From the IMG/VR virus record IMGVR_UViG_3300031992_003405: a DNA stretch of 64,000 bases, one strand, 5' to 3'. How positions within the stretch are numbered: the stretch's first letter is position 1; the number at the start of each line of letters is the position of its first letter. This document shows, piece after piece, positions 11,287-23,734 of the stretch. Under the pieces are notes generated by a model. The model saw nothing but the letters and a program-made list of their open reading frames with translations, did not search any database and had not been told where the DNA came from. Both the position numbers and the translations under genes were made by a program. The stretch comes from an uncultured virus (IMG/VR IMGVR_UViG_3300031992_003405) (taxonomy: Duplodnaviria; Heunggongvirae; Uroviricota; Caudoviricetes).

Positions 11287-11562
11287 CTATATACATGGTT
11301 GAATAACAAAATTAATAGTCTGCTTAAATATATTATTAATATAAATTTTATCAATAGTAGAAATAAAATCACGAATATAATTTATATTAACTGCTGGTGT
11401 TTTTAATTTAAAAAATATATTATTATGTGATTTATAAATTTTTACTACACGATTAGTATAATAATATTTTTCTTGTAAATCACTTTTCAGTTTATCGATA
11501 CATTGTTTTTTTAATATTTCATTTATTGATTGTAACCTTGACATATTTTTATACACAACCAT
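11287..11562 (-). CDS. hypothetical protein
   Basis: 91-aa ORF only. Confidence 0.35.
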   Translation of the reverse strand: MVVYKNMSRLQSINEILKKQCIDKLKSDLQEKYYYTNRVVKIYKSHNNIFFKLKTPAVNINYIRDFISTIDKIYINNIFKQTINFVIQPCI

Positions 11563-11739
11563 TCTTTTTAATTATTATTTTAATAATAATCATTTTATAA
11601 TATTAAAAAAATAAAATAGATTTTTTTATCTATGCAATATTATAAGTTAAATTTTTATTAATAATATAAATTAAAAAGCATATTAAAAAATTAAAACTAA
11701 TTATTTTAAATATTGTTACTATTAATAAATATATTAAAA

Positions 11740-12975
11740 TTTACTGCAGCAAAAAAAATTATAATTAATAATATAATAGATAAAATTTTTGTGAAACATA
11801 TTCGACGTAAGTCAAAACATATTAACATTATAAATACTAATAATAACTTTATATCTTAATACTATAAAAAGATGTTTTTTAAATTAATGTCTTATTTCTT
11901 AATATTTGATAAAAAATTAATAAATATATTAAAAATATTTCTGCAATTTTAAAAATAGCTGTAACTTATAATAGTATAGATAATATTTTCGCGAAACATA
12001 TTTATATCTTAATACAATAAATAGTTACTTTTAATTCTATGTTTTATTTTTTAACACTTTATTTTTATATTTTTTTTATTTTTTAAAGATTCAATTTAAA
12101 CTATTACTATAATTTATATATTAAGTTAAAATAAATTAAAAAGGAAAACATATAAGAATAAAGGAAAGTATATTTATAATTTTATTAATTAATATATTAA
12201 ATTTTTCTTTGCAATTAAAAAAATATTTATATTAATAAGTAAAGCTTATAGTATAATAGATAATACTTTCGCGAAGCATATTTATATATTAATAAAGCTA
12301 ATACATATTAGTTTTAGCTATTATTATAAATTTATATATTAAATAAAAATAGATTAAAAAGAAAAACATATAGAAGTAAAGAAAAGCATGTTTATAATTT
12401 TATTAATTAAATATATTAAATTTTTTTTGCTTATATCTTGCTTTTTTATACTTTAATAAAAATTAATAATATATTAAAGCTAAAGGATTTAGTTTTAACT
12501 ATTACTATATTTTTATATATTAAGTTAAAATAAATTAAAAAGGAAAAAGAATAGAAGCAAAGGAAACTATGTTTCGAATAACTTAGCTTTAGCCGGAGAT
12601 GTAAATCGTAGGCAAAGCAAGTTTATTCGAAAAGAATATTTAATAATGTATAAAAAATTTCTTTGCATTTTAAAAAATAATAATAAGCTTTGCTTATAAC
12701 ATAATAAATAAAACTTTTGCGAAACATATTTATATCTTAATATAATAAATAGTTATTTTTTAACTTTATATCTTAATATCTTAATATTATAAATAAGTTA
12801 ATACGATAAAAAAGATATTTTTTAATTCGATATTTCAGTCTTAATATCTTGTTTATATATTAAAAAGTTAATATATTAGCGTTTAAAGAATTTAGTTTTA
12901 ATTGTTACTATATTTTTTATATACTAAGTTAAAATAAATTAAAAAGGAAAGAATATAAGAATAAAGAGAAGCATA
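11740..12975 (+). repeat. non-coding degenerate repeat cluster 1
   Basis: Motif G(C/T)GAA(A/G)CATATT, usually followed by TATATCTTAAT, at about 11791, 11991, 12271 and 12719. Purine motif AAATTAAAAAGGAAA...AAGGAAA at about 12133, 12353, 12532 and 12936. Confidence 0.8.
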
Positions 12976-13104
12976 TAAAAATAAAGTAAAATTATTTAAA
13001 TAATATTAAAAAAATTTTTTAAAATGTTACTATATTTTTTAATTATTAAAAATGTATTTATTATTTTTTATATATAAGTATAAAATATTGGAGGCGATTA
13101 TATA

Positions 13105-14226
13105 TTGCCAGATTTTAATTTTAAATTCATACGAATGATACAAAATAATAAATCAAGTAATAAAATCAATAATCTTAAATTATTAATTGATGATTTATAT
13201 ATATTGTATCAAGAACATGTAAAAAATCAAAATACTAATTTTATTAAATCTTTTGATAAATTAGAACAAATATATTCAGAATATAATAATTTAATAACTA
13301 ATTTACAAGATAAGCCTTTTTATACATCTGATAATAATGCACTTTCTAATGATACTATTAATGAGTATCGCACAAAAATATGTAATATATTAAAAAGTTT
13401 TCTAACTTTTTTTAATGAAAAATTAAATAAAGCAGAAGAACAATTAAAAAATATCAATATTAAATTATCAAGCATAGAAGAAACAGATATCAATTATAAT
13501 AAATATAAAGATAATTATAACCAATGGAAAGCTTTTAAAGAAAATATTGAAAATGCTATTGCAAGAATTAATAAATATTATGATTTTTTTACTAATAATC
13601 AAATTAAAATACAAGTTTATAAATATCCTAATTATAATGAAAAAATAATGACAAGTATTAACGATTTAATAACTAAATTACATAATACTAATGATTTTAA
13701 ATTATTCGAAGATATAGAACAACAATTATTTACAATTATTAGTGATACACCAATTGAAATAGCAAAAATACATATGGAAAAAATTATTAATGCAATAAGA
13801 TATAATAAAGAAATGTTTTTAAATAATATAAAAAATGATATTAAAAATAATATTGATGATATGACTTTATTAAAGAATAATTTATTAATAATATTTCAAG
13901 AACAAGCAATTAATGATATAGCTAAATATGATAAAAAACTTTTTAAAGAATGCTTATTTAAAAAATCAATTCCATCAGCGAATATATTACGCGATTTTGA
14001 ATTTGCTTTTACTAAATTATATTCTAGTATAAAAATTAATACTTGGTACAATGCTTATTATAATGATCCTACTATAACAGCAAATATTTCATATCAAGGT
14101 AAAAAAACATTATATGAAATATTAACAAAAATGATACAAGATTTCAATACGGATATACAACAATTAACTAATAAAATTAATAATGAAGAAAATGAAAAAT
14201 TACAAGAAGTAGATCCTTATAAAGGG
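13105..14226 (+). CDS. hypothetical coiled-coil-rich protein, 5' part (interrupted by the insertion at 14227)
   Basis: SD GGAGG with TTG start; the ORF runs into the AT-rich insertion. Confidence 0.65.
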
Positions 14227-14818
14227 ATTATCTATTTAATCATTTATTGGTATATTTATAATTATTATAATAGATCAATAATTAATATATATTAATTAAT
14301 ATATATTAATTTAACGATTAATTTTGTATTTATTCATAGAATCATTAATTATATATTAATGATATAATCTATGCTTTAATTAAAATTAAAGTTAATAAAT
14401 TTAAAATATCTAATTATTTTACTAATAAGTATTATAAATTTTAATAATATTAAAATTTATAATATTAAGGGAGTATTTAATTATTAGTGATAAAAATCTT
14501 AAAAAGAATATCTTATAAAAATTTAAAATATATATAATTTATATGAAGATATATATTTTATATTCTAAAGACACACTTCTTTGGACTTTTTAGCGCGTCG
14601 CCAAAGGCGAAAAATGATAGTGCCGATACAAATTAGAATTCGAAAATCAATTTTATATTGGTTATAATATATATAAAGAATAAGTATATATTGAATTAAT
14701 TTTAAAATATGTCGTAAGATATAAATTGATTTGATTTCAGATATATTAATATATTAAAAAGTAGAGAATTTAATTGGTATGAATTTTTAAGATAAGAAGA
14801 TATTTTAAAAAATATCAG
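14227..14818 (+). mobile_element. non-autonomous deletion derivative of the TnpB element at 34531-36502
   Basis: Left end (ATTATCTATTTAATCATTTATTGG), internal blocks (ATAGAATCATTAATTATAT, GATATAATCTATGCTTTAAT), the tnpB 3' remnant ATAATTTATATGAAGATAT and the right end (TTAATTGGTATGAATTTTT...TATCAG) all match that element. Confidence 0.85.
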
Positions 14819-15697
14819 ATGCATTTTTATACTGTTTATAATATCGGATCGACTATAAAATCAACAATGTCTGCTCGCGAATTTTCTAGTAATTCGCATA
14901 ACGATATATATGCTTTTGTTATTATTAATAACGAAGCATTTTATAAAAATATCAGAATAGATTCAGCAAAAACTGAATATAAAAATAAATATGATAAAGA
15001 TATAGAATCTTGCATTGCTGGTGTAGTTTATAAATCTCACCGTCCTAGTGTAGTTATCGAAAGTATATTTACTAATCAAAATTATGATCTACCAGAAAAA
15101 CCTGTTGTAAAATATACTGCTTTTAAAGACAGTATAGAATTAATTAGTCAATTAATAACAAATTTAAAAAATTTAAATAATATATCATTTGATGATACAT
15201 CTGAACAATATATTAATGTAAAAAAATCTATTCCCATATTAAAAGATAAATTTATTCTCGAATATAATACTATTTTAAACTTATTAAATAAATTTAAAAA
15301 TAATAATGATGCTAGAAATATTAAAGCAAAATATAAAATTATTATTACTAGTTTTGATCCATTATTAGAAAAAATTAAAACATATGTTAATAATAAAGAA
15401 AAAGATAGAAGAAACAGTGAATTAACTCGTATACATAAATTTATTAATAAAAATTTATCTATTACTATTAATAGCATTATTAGTAGCGTAAAAGTCTTAT
15501 ATGATTTATTTAAAACGCAAAATGCTAAAAATATGAAAAAAAATGAAAAGTCTATAGTTAATACTAATTATGATAATATTATACAAGTAATTAATCAACA
15601 ACCGGAACTTTCGGGAGCAAGAATACTCGTACAACTAGAAGCTCCTTTCATAGGTAAGACATTAATGGTTACAGCAAAAAAAAGAACTAAAATTTAA
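14819..15697 (+). CDS. hypothetical protein, probable 3' part of the 13105 gene
   Basis: Begins exactly after the element's terminal CAG; in frame with 13105 if 14227-14818 is removed. Confidence 0.6.
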   Translation: MHFYTVYNIGSTIKSTMSAREFSSNSHNDIYAFVIINNEAFYKNIRIDSAKTEYKNKYDKDIESCIAGVVYKSHRPSVVIESIFTNQNYDLPEKPVVKYTAFKDSIELISQLITNLKNLNNISFDDTSEQYINVKKSIPILKDKFILEYNTILNLLNKFKNNNDARNIKAKYKIIITSFDPLLEKIKTYVNNKEKDRRNSELTRIHKFINKNLSITINSIISSVKVLYDLFKTQNAKNMKKNEKSIVNTNYDNIIQVINQQPELSGARILVQLEAPFIGKTLMVTAKKRTKI

Positions 15698-15709
15698 ATT
15701 AGTTCTTTT

Positions 15710-16138
15710 TTATTTATCTTTAATAAAAGTAATAAAATTTTTACTTTTATTTAATTGTTTAAATCCGCTTTTTTTCGCTAATCCGATAGAAGCTTTATTA
15801 TTAGTACTAGTTCTATATAATAATCTAGTATATCCTTTATTAAATATATCATCTTCTATTTGTTCTAATAAAGATGTGCCAATATTTTGGCCGCGCCATT
15901 CAGGCAATATAGCTATTATTATAAATGCAACATTATTACTAGTACCATTAAATTTATAACCTTCAGCAAAACCGGTTATTTGATGATGTGAACTAAAATC
16001 AATAACTCTACTAATTAAATTAGGAGAATCAATAAATTTTCCACTAGGACTAATTTTTAATTGATCTTCTTTACTAAGTCTATAAAAAACATCTTGAACA
16101 AAAAGAAATAAATTCTTATGTTGAATAATTTGTTTCAT
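15710..16138 (-). CDS. GNAT family N-acetyltransferase
   Basis: AILPEWRGQNIGTSLL (motif A) and NKASIGLAKKSGF. Confidence 0.88.
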   Translation of the reverse strand: MKQIIQHKNLFLFVQDVFYRLSKEDQLKISPSGKFIDSPNLISRVIDFSSHHQITGFAEGYKFNGTSNNVAFIIIAILPEWRGQNIGTSLLEQIEDDIFNKGYTRLLYRTSTNNKASIGLAKKSGFKQLNKSKNFITFIKDK

Positions 16139-16158
16139 TATATTTATATGCCTCTTTT

Positions 16159-16650
16159 TTAATCTGTCAAATCAATAATTAATTGATTAATTTTAAAGAA
16201 ATTATATAATATAGTTATACGTTTTTTAATTTCTCTTTTTAATTTTAATTGTCTAATGTTATTAGGATCAATATATTTTAAAAATAATTGTAATGTTTTT
16301 TTATCATTAGTTTTATACGGAACTAATAAAGCTGGAAGTATACCATGTATATCAACTTTAGTATATCCAATAAATAATTTATTTTTTTTATATATTAATA
16401 ATAAATAATTATAATTATATAAATGAATAAAAAAATCATAAGATATTATAGAATTTTTACTTAATGTAGATGTAATTTGATGAGTAATCATAGACTCATA
16501 TAAAGTAGATCTAAAAATTACTTTTTTATGATAATTAATTTCTACTATATTATGTATAATAGTAGTATCATTCTTTAAATCAATAGAAGATATAGTATAT
16601 TGATATATATAATTAATTACTTGTAAAGGTGTAAGTTTTTTATTACGCAT
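16159..16650 (-). CDS. hypothetical protein
   Basis: 163-aa ORF with a tail (KINQLIIDL) like families A and B. Confidence 0.6.
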   Translation of the reverse strand: MRNKKLTPLQVINYIYQYTISSIDLKNDTTIIHNIVEINYHKKVIFRSTLYESMITHQITSTLSKNSIISYDFFIHLYNYNYLLLIYKKNKLFIGYTKVDIHGILPALLVPYKTNDKKTLQLFLKYIDPNNIRQLKLKREIKKRITILYNFFKINQLIIDLTD

Positions 16651-16693
16651 TAATACTCATTCTTTTATTTAAAAAATATATTAGTATTGTGGT

Positions 16694-16786
16694 AAAAATT
16701 ATATAGCGCGCATTTTATTATTGTTGCGCGCTATATAATTTTTATTTTCAAATACGCTAGCTTTATTAAAGCTAGCTATTTGAAAA
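16694..16786. other. two adjacent strong hairpins
   Basis: AAAATTATATAGCGCGCA / TGCGCGCTATATAATTTT, then TTTTCAAATA..GCTAGCTTT / AAAGCTAGC.TATTTGAAAA. Confidence 0.75.
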
Positions 16787-16814
16787 CCTTAAAGAAATTA
16801 TTAAAAGAAATTAA

Positions 16815-18500
16815 TATATACTTTCCTTTGCTTCTATATTCTTTCCTTTTTAATTTATTTTAACTTAATATATTTTTATATTATAGTAACAATTAAAATT
16901 AAATTCTTGTTACTTAGTATAAAAAATTATTTTTAATACACTAATTAATTTTTCATAAGATATAAAGTTAAAAAATTAAAAAATAATTATTTATATTATT
17001 AAGATATAAATATGTTTCGTGAAACTTTTATCTATACTATTATAAGCTTTGTTTATAATATATTATCTTTTTATTTTTTCACGAAGTAATTATTAACTAG
17101 ATTATAATATACTTTCCTTTGTTTTTATTTTCTTTCCTTTTTAAACTTTAAGTATTTTACTATATTTTTTTTTATTATAGATATAGTTAAAATTAAATCC
17201 TTAAGTTTTTATAAATATTTCTTTTTTATATTAAATTTTTTATAATGTATAAAGTATTATACTTTCATAGTATAAAGATATAAATTAATTTTTTTAAAGT
17301 ATAAAATAAAAAATTCATAATATGAAGAAATATAGTATAAAAACTAAAAAGTAATCATTTATAGTATTAAGATATAAATATGTTTCGTGAAAATATTATT
17401 TATTATGTTATAAACTTTGTTTATAATTATTTTTTTAAATTGCGGAAAAAAATTAATATAGTAATAACTAAAATTAAACCCTTAAGTTTTTTATTAATTC
17501 ACATATAAAATATTTTTTTAGACATAAAGTAAATTATTTTATGATATTAAGATATAAAATCATTTTATTATTTTAATCTACATCATATATATTTTATAAA
17601 AGTATTATTTATATATTATTATAAATAATGTGGATAATTATAATTATTTTTAAAATGTAGAAAATTCTTAATATGCTTTATAATTATTTTTCTGCGATTA
17701 AATTAATAGATAACATGTAAATACTCTTAAGCTATCTATTAATTTATTTTTTTTATTTTATTTTTATATAGTTTTTCATATATATAATTTATTAATTCTA
17801 TATGTAATAATTTTTTAAAGTATAAAATATAAATCTCATAGTATAAAGAAATATAGTATTATGTTTAAAAGTAACTATTTATAGTATTAAGATATAAATA
17901 TGTTTCGCGAAATATTATTTATACTATTATAAACTTTGTTTATTAATTATTTATTCTTTTAATATTGTAAAAATAATTAATATAGTAATTAATAAAGTCA
18001 TAAATATACTTTCCTTTACTTTCATATACTTTCCTTTTTAATTTATTTTAGTTTAGTTATAAAAATATAGTAACAATTAAAATTAAAACTAAATTCTTTA
18101 ATATTTAATATACAATATTATTTTATTTCTAAAGTATAAAGTTAAAAAGTAATTATATATAGTATTAAGATATAAATACGTTTCGTGAAACTTTATTTAT
18201 ACTATTATAAACTTAGCTTATAATTATAGTTTTTTAATATTACGAAAAAATTTTAACTTTTATTAATAATTAATTATTAATATACTTTTCTTTATTTTTA
18301 TATACTTTTCTTTTTAATTTATTTCAACTCAGTATATAAAATTAATAGTAATAGTTAAAATTAAATCCTTTAATATTTCATATAAAAAAATATAGTATTA
18401 AAGTTAAAATAAACTATTTTATAGTATTAAGATATAAATATGTTTCGCAAAAGTTTTATCTATACTATTATAAATTTTATTTATATTTTTTAAAAAATTT
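16815..18500 (-). repeat. non-coding degenerate repeat cluster 2 (reverse complement of the cluster 1 motifs)
   Basis: TTAAGATATAAATA(T/C)GTTTCG at about 17000, 17368, 17887, 18165 and 18427. Pyrimidine motif CTTTCCTTT...CCTTTTTAA at about 16821, 17112, 18009 and 18285. Confidence 0.8.
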
Positions 18501-18580
18501 ACAGCGAAGAAATTATTAATACATAAAAAAGAGTATAAAAAAATCCTATTAAAATAATTTTAATAGGATGTATATATATA

Positions 18581-19399
18581 TTAATAATTTGTTATTATCA
18601 ATTCTTCTACTTTATTTCTTTTAGTTCCATCAGAATTTATATGTCTACTCGCTTGTACTATTGTTTTATTATAATTTTTATACAATTCATTAATTGTTTC
18701 TGTATTATGATTTGACATTATTAATTTTACACCTTTTTTATCTAATCGACAAAATACATCATATAAGCGTTGATTATCTTCTGTATTAAAGCCATTACGT
18801 GTATATGATACAAATGTAGATTTTTGATTATCCATAGGCATATAAGGCGGATCTAGATACACTATATCATTTTCTCTAGCTAAATTACATATTTTTTCAA
18901 AATCTTCATTATAAATCTTAATCGTTTTTAAATATTGACTTATTAATTGTAAATTATTTCTATCTACGCCTACTTTTGCATCTGATTGATTCCAAGGAGA
19001 ATTAAATTGTCCATTTTTATTTAATCTAAATAATCCATTAAAACAAGTTTTATTAAGAAATATTGTTAATGCTGCATGTTCAGCATCATGCGCATTTATT
19101 AAAATTTTTCTATTATATTTTTTCCGCTGTAAAAGAAAATAATTTTTGTTAATATTATGCTGATTAAATTCATCTATATATTCTAATACTTTGTCTAAAT
19201 TATCTCTAATTTGTTGATAACAATTTATTAATTGAGTATTCATATCATTTATAATACAATACTCAGGCTGTAAATATAAAAATAATGCTCCTGCTCCTAC
19301 AAAAGGTTCTATATACATATTATATTCTGTAGGCAACATCTCTACTAACTTTTTTACTTGTTCTCTTTTTCCGCCAGGCCATTTTAAAAAAGGTTTCAT
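18581..19399 (-). CDS. dam: Dam-family DNA adenine methyltransferase
   Basis: KPFLKWPGGK, YIEPFVGAG, LNKTCFNGLFRLN, VYLDPPY, EELIITNY. Confidence 0.93.
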   Translation of the reverse strand: MKPFLKWPGGKREQVKKLVEMLPTEYNMYIEPFVGAGALFLYLQPEYCIINDMNTQLINCYQQIRDNLDKVLEYIDEFNQHNINKNYFLLQRKKYNRKILINAHDAEHAALTIFLNKTCFNGLFRLNKNGQFNSPWNQSDAKVGVDRNNLQLISQYLKTIKIYNEDFEKICNLARENDIVYLDPPYMPMDNQKSTFVSYTRNGFNTEDNQRLYDVFCRLDKKGVKLIMSNHNTETINELYKNYNKTIVQASRHINSDGTKRNKVEELIITNY

Positions 19400-19568
19400 T
19401 ATGCATTATCCTTTCTTCTTTATAAAAAATTTTTTTTATTTTTATTATCCATTAATAATTAATTTTATTTTTATTGATTAGATTATTTTATCTTTTATAA
19501 TAAAAAGAATAATAATTAATTATAATTTTTATTCTTTATTAAAGAATAAAAAGCAAGGAGATAAATAT

Positions 19569-20255
19569 ATGAACAGAATTTTAAGAAAAATTATTGCCGC
19601 ATTCAATTATGACTCCATTGAAGATCCAGTATTCTTTATGCAATTAGGCGCTAGTGAAGAAAAATTATTTGATACCTTTAAGCCTTTACTCAACGAAGAA
19701 AAATCACCTAAAGATAGTTCTTTATATTCTGATAAAAAAGATAATACTGAACGCATTCTTTGGATAGCTAATAAATACAATGACGTTGTTAAAAAACTTT
19801 ATTCTCTTTGTAAAACTTATGGTATGCGTAGAAATAATATTTTAACAGCTAAAAGCCTTATGAATAGATATGACAACTATATTAATGGACTTAAAAATGT
19901 TAATATTTCTGAATTAACTGATATAGCACAAAAAGCATATGAATTATTACCTTTATATCAAGCATTTAATGAAGCTGTAAGTGATCGTCCTAGCGAAATG
20001 GGTCTAGGTGGATTAGATGTTCTTGATGATGCTTTTTGTAAAGGAATTAATAAACATTATGGCCAAGCTACTTTAATTTTGAATCTCGAAAGCGCAAAAA
20101 AAGATTTTAATAAACAAAAACTAGAAGGTACTACACAAGCTAAAGATTTTAAAGATTTTATTCGTCAATTCGAAATAGTATCATCTAATAACGCAAATAC
20201 TAGCGACAAAAGAGATAAAGGTGGCAAAAATGTTAACCGAGGATACACGAGATAA
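19569..20255 (+). CDS. hypothetical protein
   Basis: SD AAGGAG; codon usage suggestive of high expression; N-terminus MNRILRKIIAA. Confidence 0.75.
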   Translation: MNRILRKIIAAFNYDSIEDPVFFMQLGASEEKLFDTFKPLLNEEKSPKDSSLYSDKKDNTERILWIANKYNDVVKKLYSLCKTYGMRRNNILTAKSLMNRYDNYINGLKNVNISELTDIAQKAYELLPLYQAFNEAVSDRPSEMGLGGLDVLDDAFCKGINKHYGQATLILNLESAKKDFNKQKLEGTTQAKDFKDFIRQFEIVSSNNANTSDKRDKGGKNVNRGYTR

Positions 20256-21279
20256 AGCTCAACAAGTAATTATTGATTGGTTTAATAATCATGATTTTTC
20301 ACAACATTTTATTAATTGGTTAGATAATAATAATGAATCTATATTAGAAATATTTTTTAAATATTGTAAATCTAATATATATCAATTTGAATTTACAAAT
20401 AAAGAATTAGATTGGATAAAACAAATTAAATATTTTATAAATCATAATAAACAATTAATATATGATAAATTTAAAAATTATGTTAATAAAAATTTTAATG
20501 ATTGGTATAATACCAATGATCAAACCGAATTTAATTCATTTATAGAACAAGAATTTATTAAATTTTATAAAAAAGAAGTTCCTAATATGTCTATACCAAA
20601 TAAAGATAAGTTTTTATCTGGTTATTGTCTAAATTTAGATCAACAAATTTATAATCAATTATTGAATAAATTTAATATATCTAAATTTGATAAATGGGAT
20701 GTTATTTTTAAAATTCGTGAATTATTACAATCATATATAAAACAATATAAAACTGATATTGAAAAAATACAATCTAAATCGGCTAAAAAATTAAATAAAT
20801 TCTGTAAAGATCTAATAAAAGCTATTAAAAAAGATTTAAATACTTTTGTTGCAAATATTAAATTTAATACAATGGAAAATGGTAGTTATGATTTTAGTCT
20901 AGAAGATACTAATTTTCATGGCAATTCTAGAAATGATGCAATAGATATTATTCAATATCTATGTAATCATAAAAAAATAATGCAACAACTAATTCCATCT
21001 GTTAATATAAAAAATTTAGAAAAAAAGTGTAATATTAATTTATCAGATTATTTTTTAGATTATTATCATACTCATTATGATGAATCATTACAACAAGTAG
21101 CACGCAAATATTTATTAGAATTACAAAAAGCAATAGTTAATAAACGCGCTCAAAAATTAGAAGATAAAAATGATGATAATAGAATTGGTAAATTATCTAC
21201 TTTTAAATTGAATTATAATGTTACTAATGATTTCGAAAGAAGTGCTCCAGCTTTAATGTGTACTAATGGTAATATTGCC
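20221..21279 (+). CDS. hypothetical protein family E, 5' part (interrupted)
   Basis: GTG start; ends ...FERSAPALMCTNGNIA at the insertion. Confidence 0.7.
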
Positions 21280-21651
21280 ATTAATATTTATTAATTTTAT
21301 TGGCATAAATATTTTAATATTATATCAATAATAAATGTTTATTTTATATAAAAATTTATTAAACGACTAATTATAAGTAAATATATAATATATATTGAAA
21401 TAACATTTAAAAATATAGTCATATGCAATTATTAATTATAATTGATTAATAATTTTATTAGATTTTATTTTAATAGACTAATATAAATATTTTATATTAA
21501 TATATAAAATGTAAAATTGTAAATAATAATTAAATTTTAATTATTATTTTATATAATAGAAGCATTACTGGTAATACTCATATAAATTATTTATATATAA
21601 ATGATTATGTATAAAGTTTATTAAATGTATAAAATTTAATAAATATACCAG
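21280..21651 (+). mobile_element. 372-bp insertion related to the 14227 and 34531 elements
   Basis: Left end ATTAATATTTATTAATTTTATTGG aligns without gaps to the other two elements; ends in CAG; removal restores a family-E reading frame. Confidence 0.7.
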
Positions 21652-21936
21652 AAACGAAGCTTTATTGTGTTCGGAAATTTTGGTGAAGCGCATTCAACAA
21701 TTAAAAATAGATATGAAAATAGAATCTTTAAATTAAAAGATCATAAAACTTTATTCTGTTATGTATTAGGTAGAATTTTATTTACAACAGAATTATTATT
21801 ACGTCAATGTCATTTTACTAAAGAAGAAGTTTTAGACATTATTAATAAAGATAATAGATTTAGTAAATTTTATTTAATTCCTAACTCAGCAGGAGGGAAA
21901 GTAATAAGATTGGCACAAAAAATAAGACTAGATTAA
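21652..21936 (+). CDS. family E protein, 3' part
   Basis: KRSFIVFGNFGEAHS...YVLGRI...FSKFYLIP...IRLAQKI matches the C-termini of 30949 and 36503. Confidence 0.7.
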   Translation, partial: KRSFIVFGNFGEAHSTIKNRYENRIFKLKDHKTLFCYVLGRILFTTELLLRQCHFTKEEVLDIINKDNRFSKFYLIPNSAGGKVIRLAQKIRLD

Positions 21937-22007
21937 TTTCTAGTCTTTTTTAATTAAAACTAAATTATTTTTTATATATAGAATTTATTAATCATGAGGT
22001 AAGAAAT

Positions 22008-22541
22008 ATGAATAGAATAATAAAAAGATTAGCTGCTTATATTGATGATAATGGTAATTATAATACCGATATTGATCAAAAAATTAGCAATCAAATTTAT
22101 GATACTGATTATTTAGCAATTAATAAACTTTATTTAATAATGGACGGATATATTGCACATTGTGCTTTAACTTATGAATATGAGCCAATATCAATCGGAG
22201 ATATAGGACTATGCGGTAAAAAAATTTCAAAAGATAATGATGAATATCATATTGAAATACAAGTAAAGCAATTAAAAGAATCATCAATTGATGAAGCTAG
22301 GCAAATATTAGATGATATCATTTATAATAAAAAATATCAATTAACAACTACGCAACAGCAGCAATTAATTGATATGTTAGAAAATCATATTGAAAATAAT
22401 TATTATTTTATTGATGTAATTATATTCAAAAATCGATTATATTATAAATCTCAACATTATATTAAAGATATTAATTATACAATTGATCAATTAAAAATAT
22501 TAGGTCAAAAATTAATTAATTATCATATTAATGATTTTTAA
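22008..22541 (+). CDS. hypothetical protein, paralog family D
   Basis: MNRIIKRLAAYIDDNGN, IGLCG, KDNDEY; paralog of 23735. Confidence 0.78.
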   Translation: MNRIIKRLAAYIDDNGNYNTDIDQKISNQIYDTDYLAINKLYLIMDGYIAHCALTYEYEPISIGDIGLCGKKISKDNDEYHIEIQVKQLKESSIDEARQILDDIIYNKKYQLTTTQQQQLIDMLENHIENNYYFIDVIIFKNRLYYKSQHYIKDINYTIDQLKILGQKLINYHINDF

Positions 22542-23367
22542 ATTTTTCCAAATAAATATAAAAATCATTAATATACTTATATTTATTTTTTTCTAAATAT
22601 TGATACCATTTATTAATATTTATTTTAATAATGCTTTTATATTTATTTTTTATTATATTCCAATTCATATTAATTATTTTTAGCATTGATGAATAATTAA
22701 TATGAATTTTTTTTATATTTTGTTCGTATATTCTTTGTATGTCAATAATAAAAAAATGTGTTAAAATATTAACAATCGATTGATTATTAGTATTTAAAGA
22801 TAAATAAAAATCAGCTAATATTTCTGGTAAAATATAATAATTACAATAGCAATTATTCTTTATCATTTTTTTATATTCATATAAACTGTATATATATAGT
22901 TGTCTAATTTCTTTAATAGGCAATAAATTTATATTATTGATACAATTTATTTTTTGCTTATATTCTTCTTTAATATGTTTAATATCTGGACGTACAGGAT
23001 AAATATTAGGATAATTTAATAATCGTAAAATAAAATAATAGGTTTTTTTATTAAAAAAATAATTTCGCTTACGATATATATGATTTTTATATATAATAAA
23101 AATAGATTTAAAAGAAAATATCTTATCAAATGTGTATAATTCATTAAATGTAAATGCTATATATGGTAAATAATAACTACAATCTAAAATAAGTTTCTTA
23201 ATTGTATCTTCTAGAATAAATTTATCTTGTTGAATATCTTTTATTTCGTCTAATATATTTTGAATATCATCCCAATAAATTAATTGATCTAAATCTTGTA
23301 TTTGTTCTAATTCATTATTTAAAAATTTTTGAACAAATAATTTATGATTAAAAAACATTTCTACCAC
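22528..23367 (-). CDS. hypothetical protein, family C-like
   Basis: KLILD..LPYIA, LADFY, NWNIIKNKY; convergent 14-nt overlap with 22008. Confidence 0.7.
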   Translation of the reverse strand: MVEMFFNHKLFVQKFLNNELEQIQDLDQLIYWDDIQNILDEIKDIQQDKFILEDTIKKLILDCSYYLPYIAFTFNELYTFDKIFSFKSIFIIYKNHIYRKRNYFFNKKTYYFILRLLNYPNIYPVRPDIKHIKEEYKQKINCINNINLLPIKEIRQLYIYSLYEYKKMIKNNCYCNYYILPEILADFYLSLNTNNQSIVNILTHFFIIDIQRIYEQNIKKIHINYSSMLKIINMNWNIIKNKYKSIIKININKWYQYLEKNKYKYINDFYIYLEKFKNH

Positions 23368-23491
23368 TCCTTTATTTAATTTTAATATATAAAAAGATAA
23401 AAAAAATAAATTAGATTTTTAAATCTAACTTATAAAAGATAAATTAACTATTTTTAAATTAATATTAATAAAAAATATTAAAATATTATAT

Positions 23492-23663
23492 ATTAGGTAG
23501 AATTTTATTTACAACAGAATTATTATTACGTCAATGTCATTTTACTAAAGAAGAAGTTTTAAATATTGTTAATAAGGATAATAGATTTAGTAAATTTTAT
23601 TTAATTTCTAACTTAGCGGGAGGAAGAATTATAAGATTGGCACAAAAAATAAAACTAGATTAA
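23492..23663 (+). pseudogene. orphan duplicate of the 3' end of the family E gene (21764-21936)
   Basis: Near-identical DNA ATTAGGTAGAATTTTATTTACAACAGAATTATTATTACGTCAATGTC... Confidence 0.85.
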
Positions 23664-23734
23664 TTTCTAGTCTTTTTAATAAAATTAAATTATTTTTTAT
23701 ATATATAAAATATAAAAAACGAGGTAATTGTATT

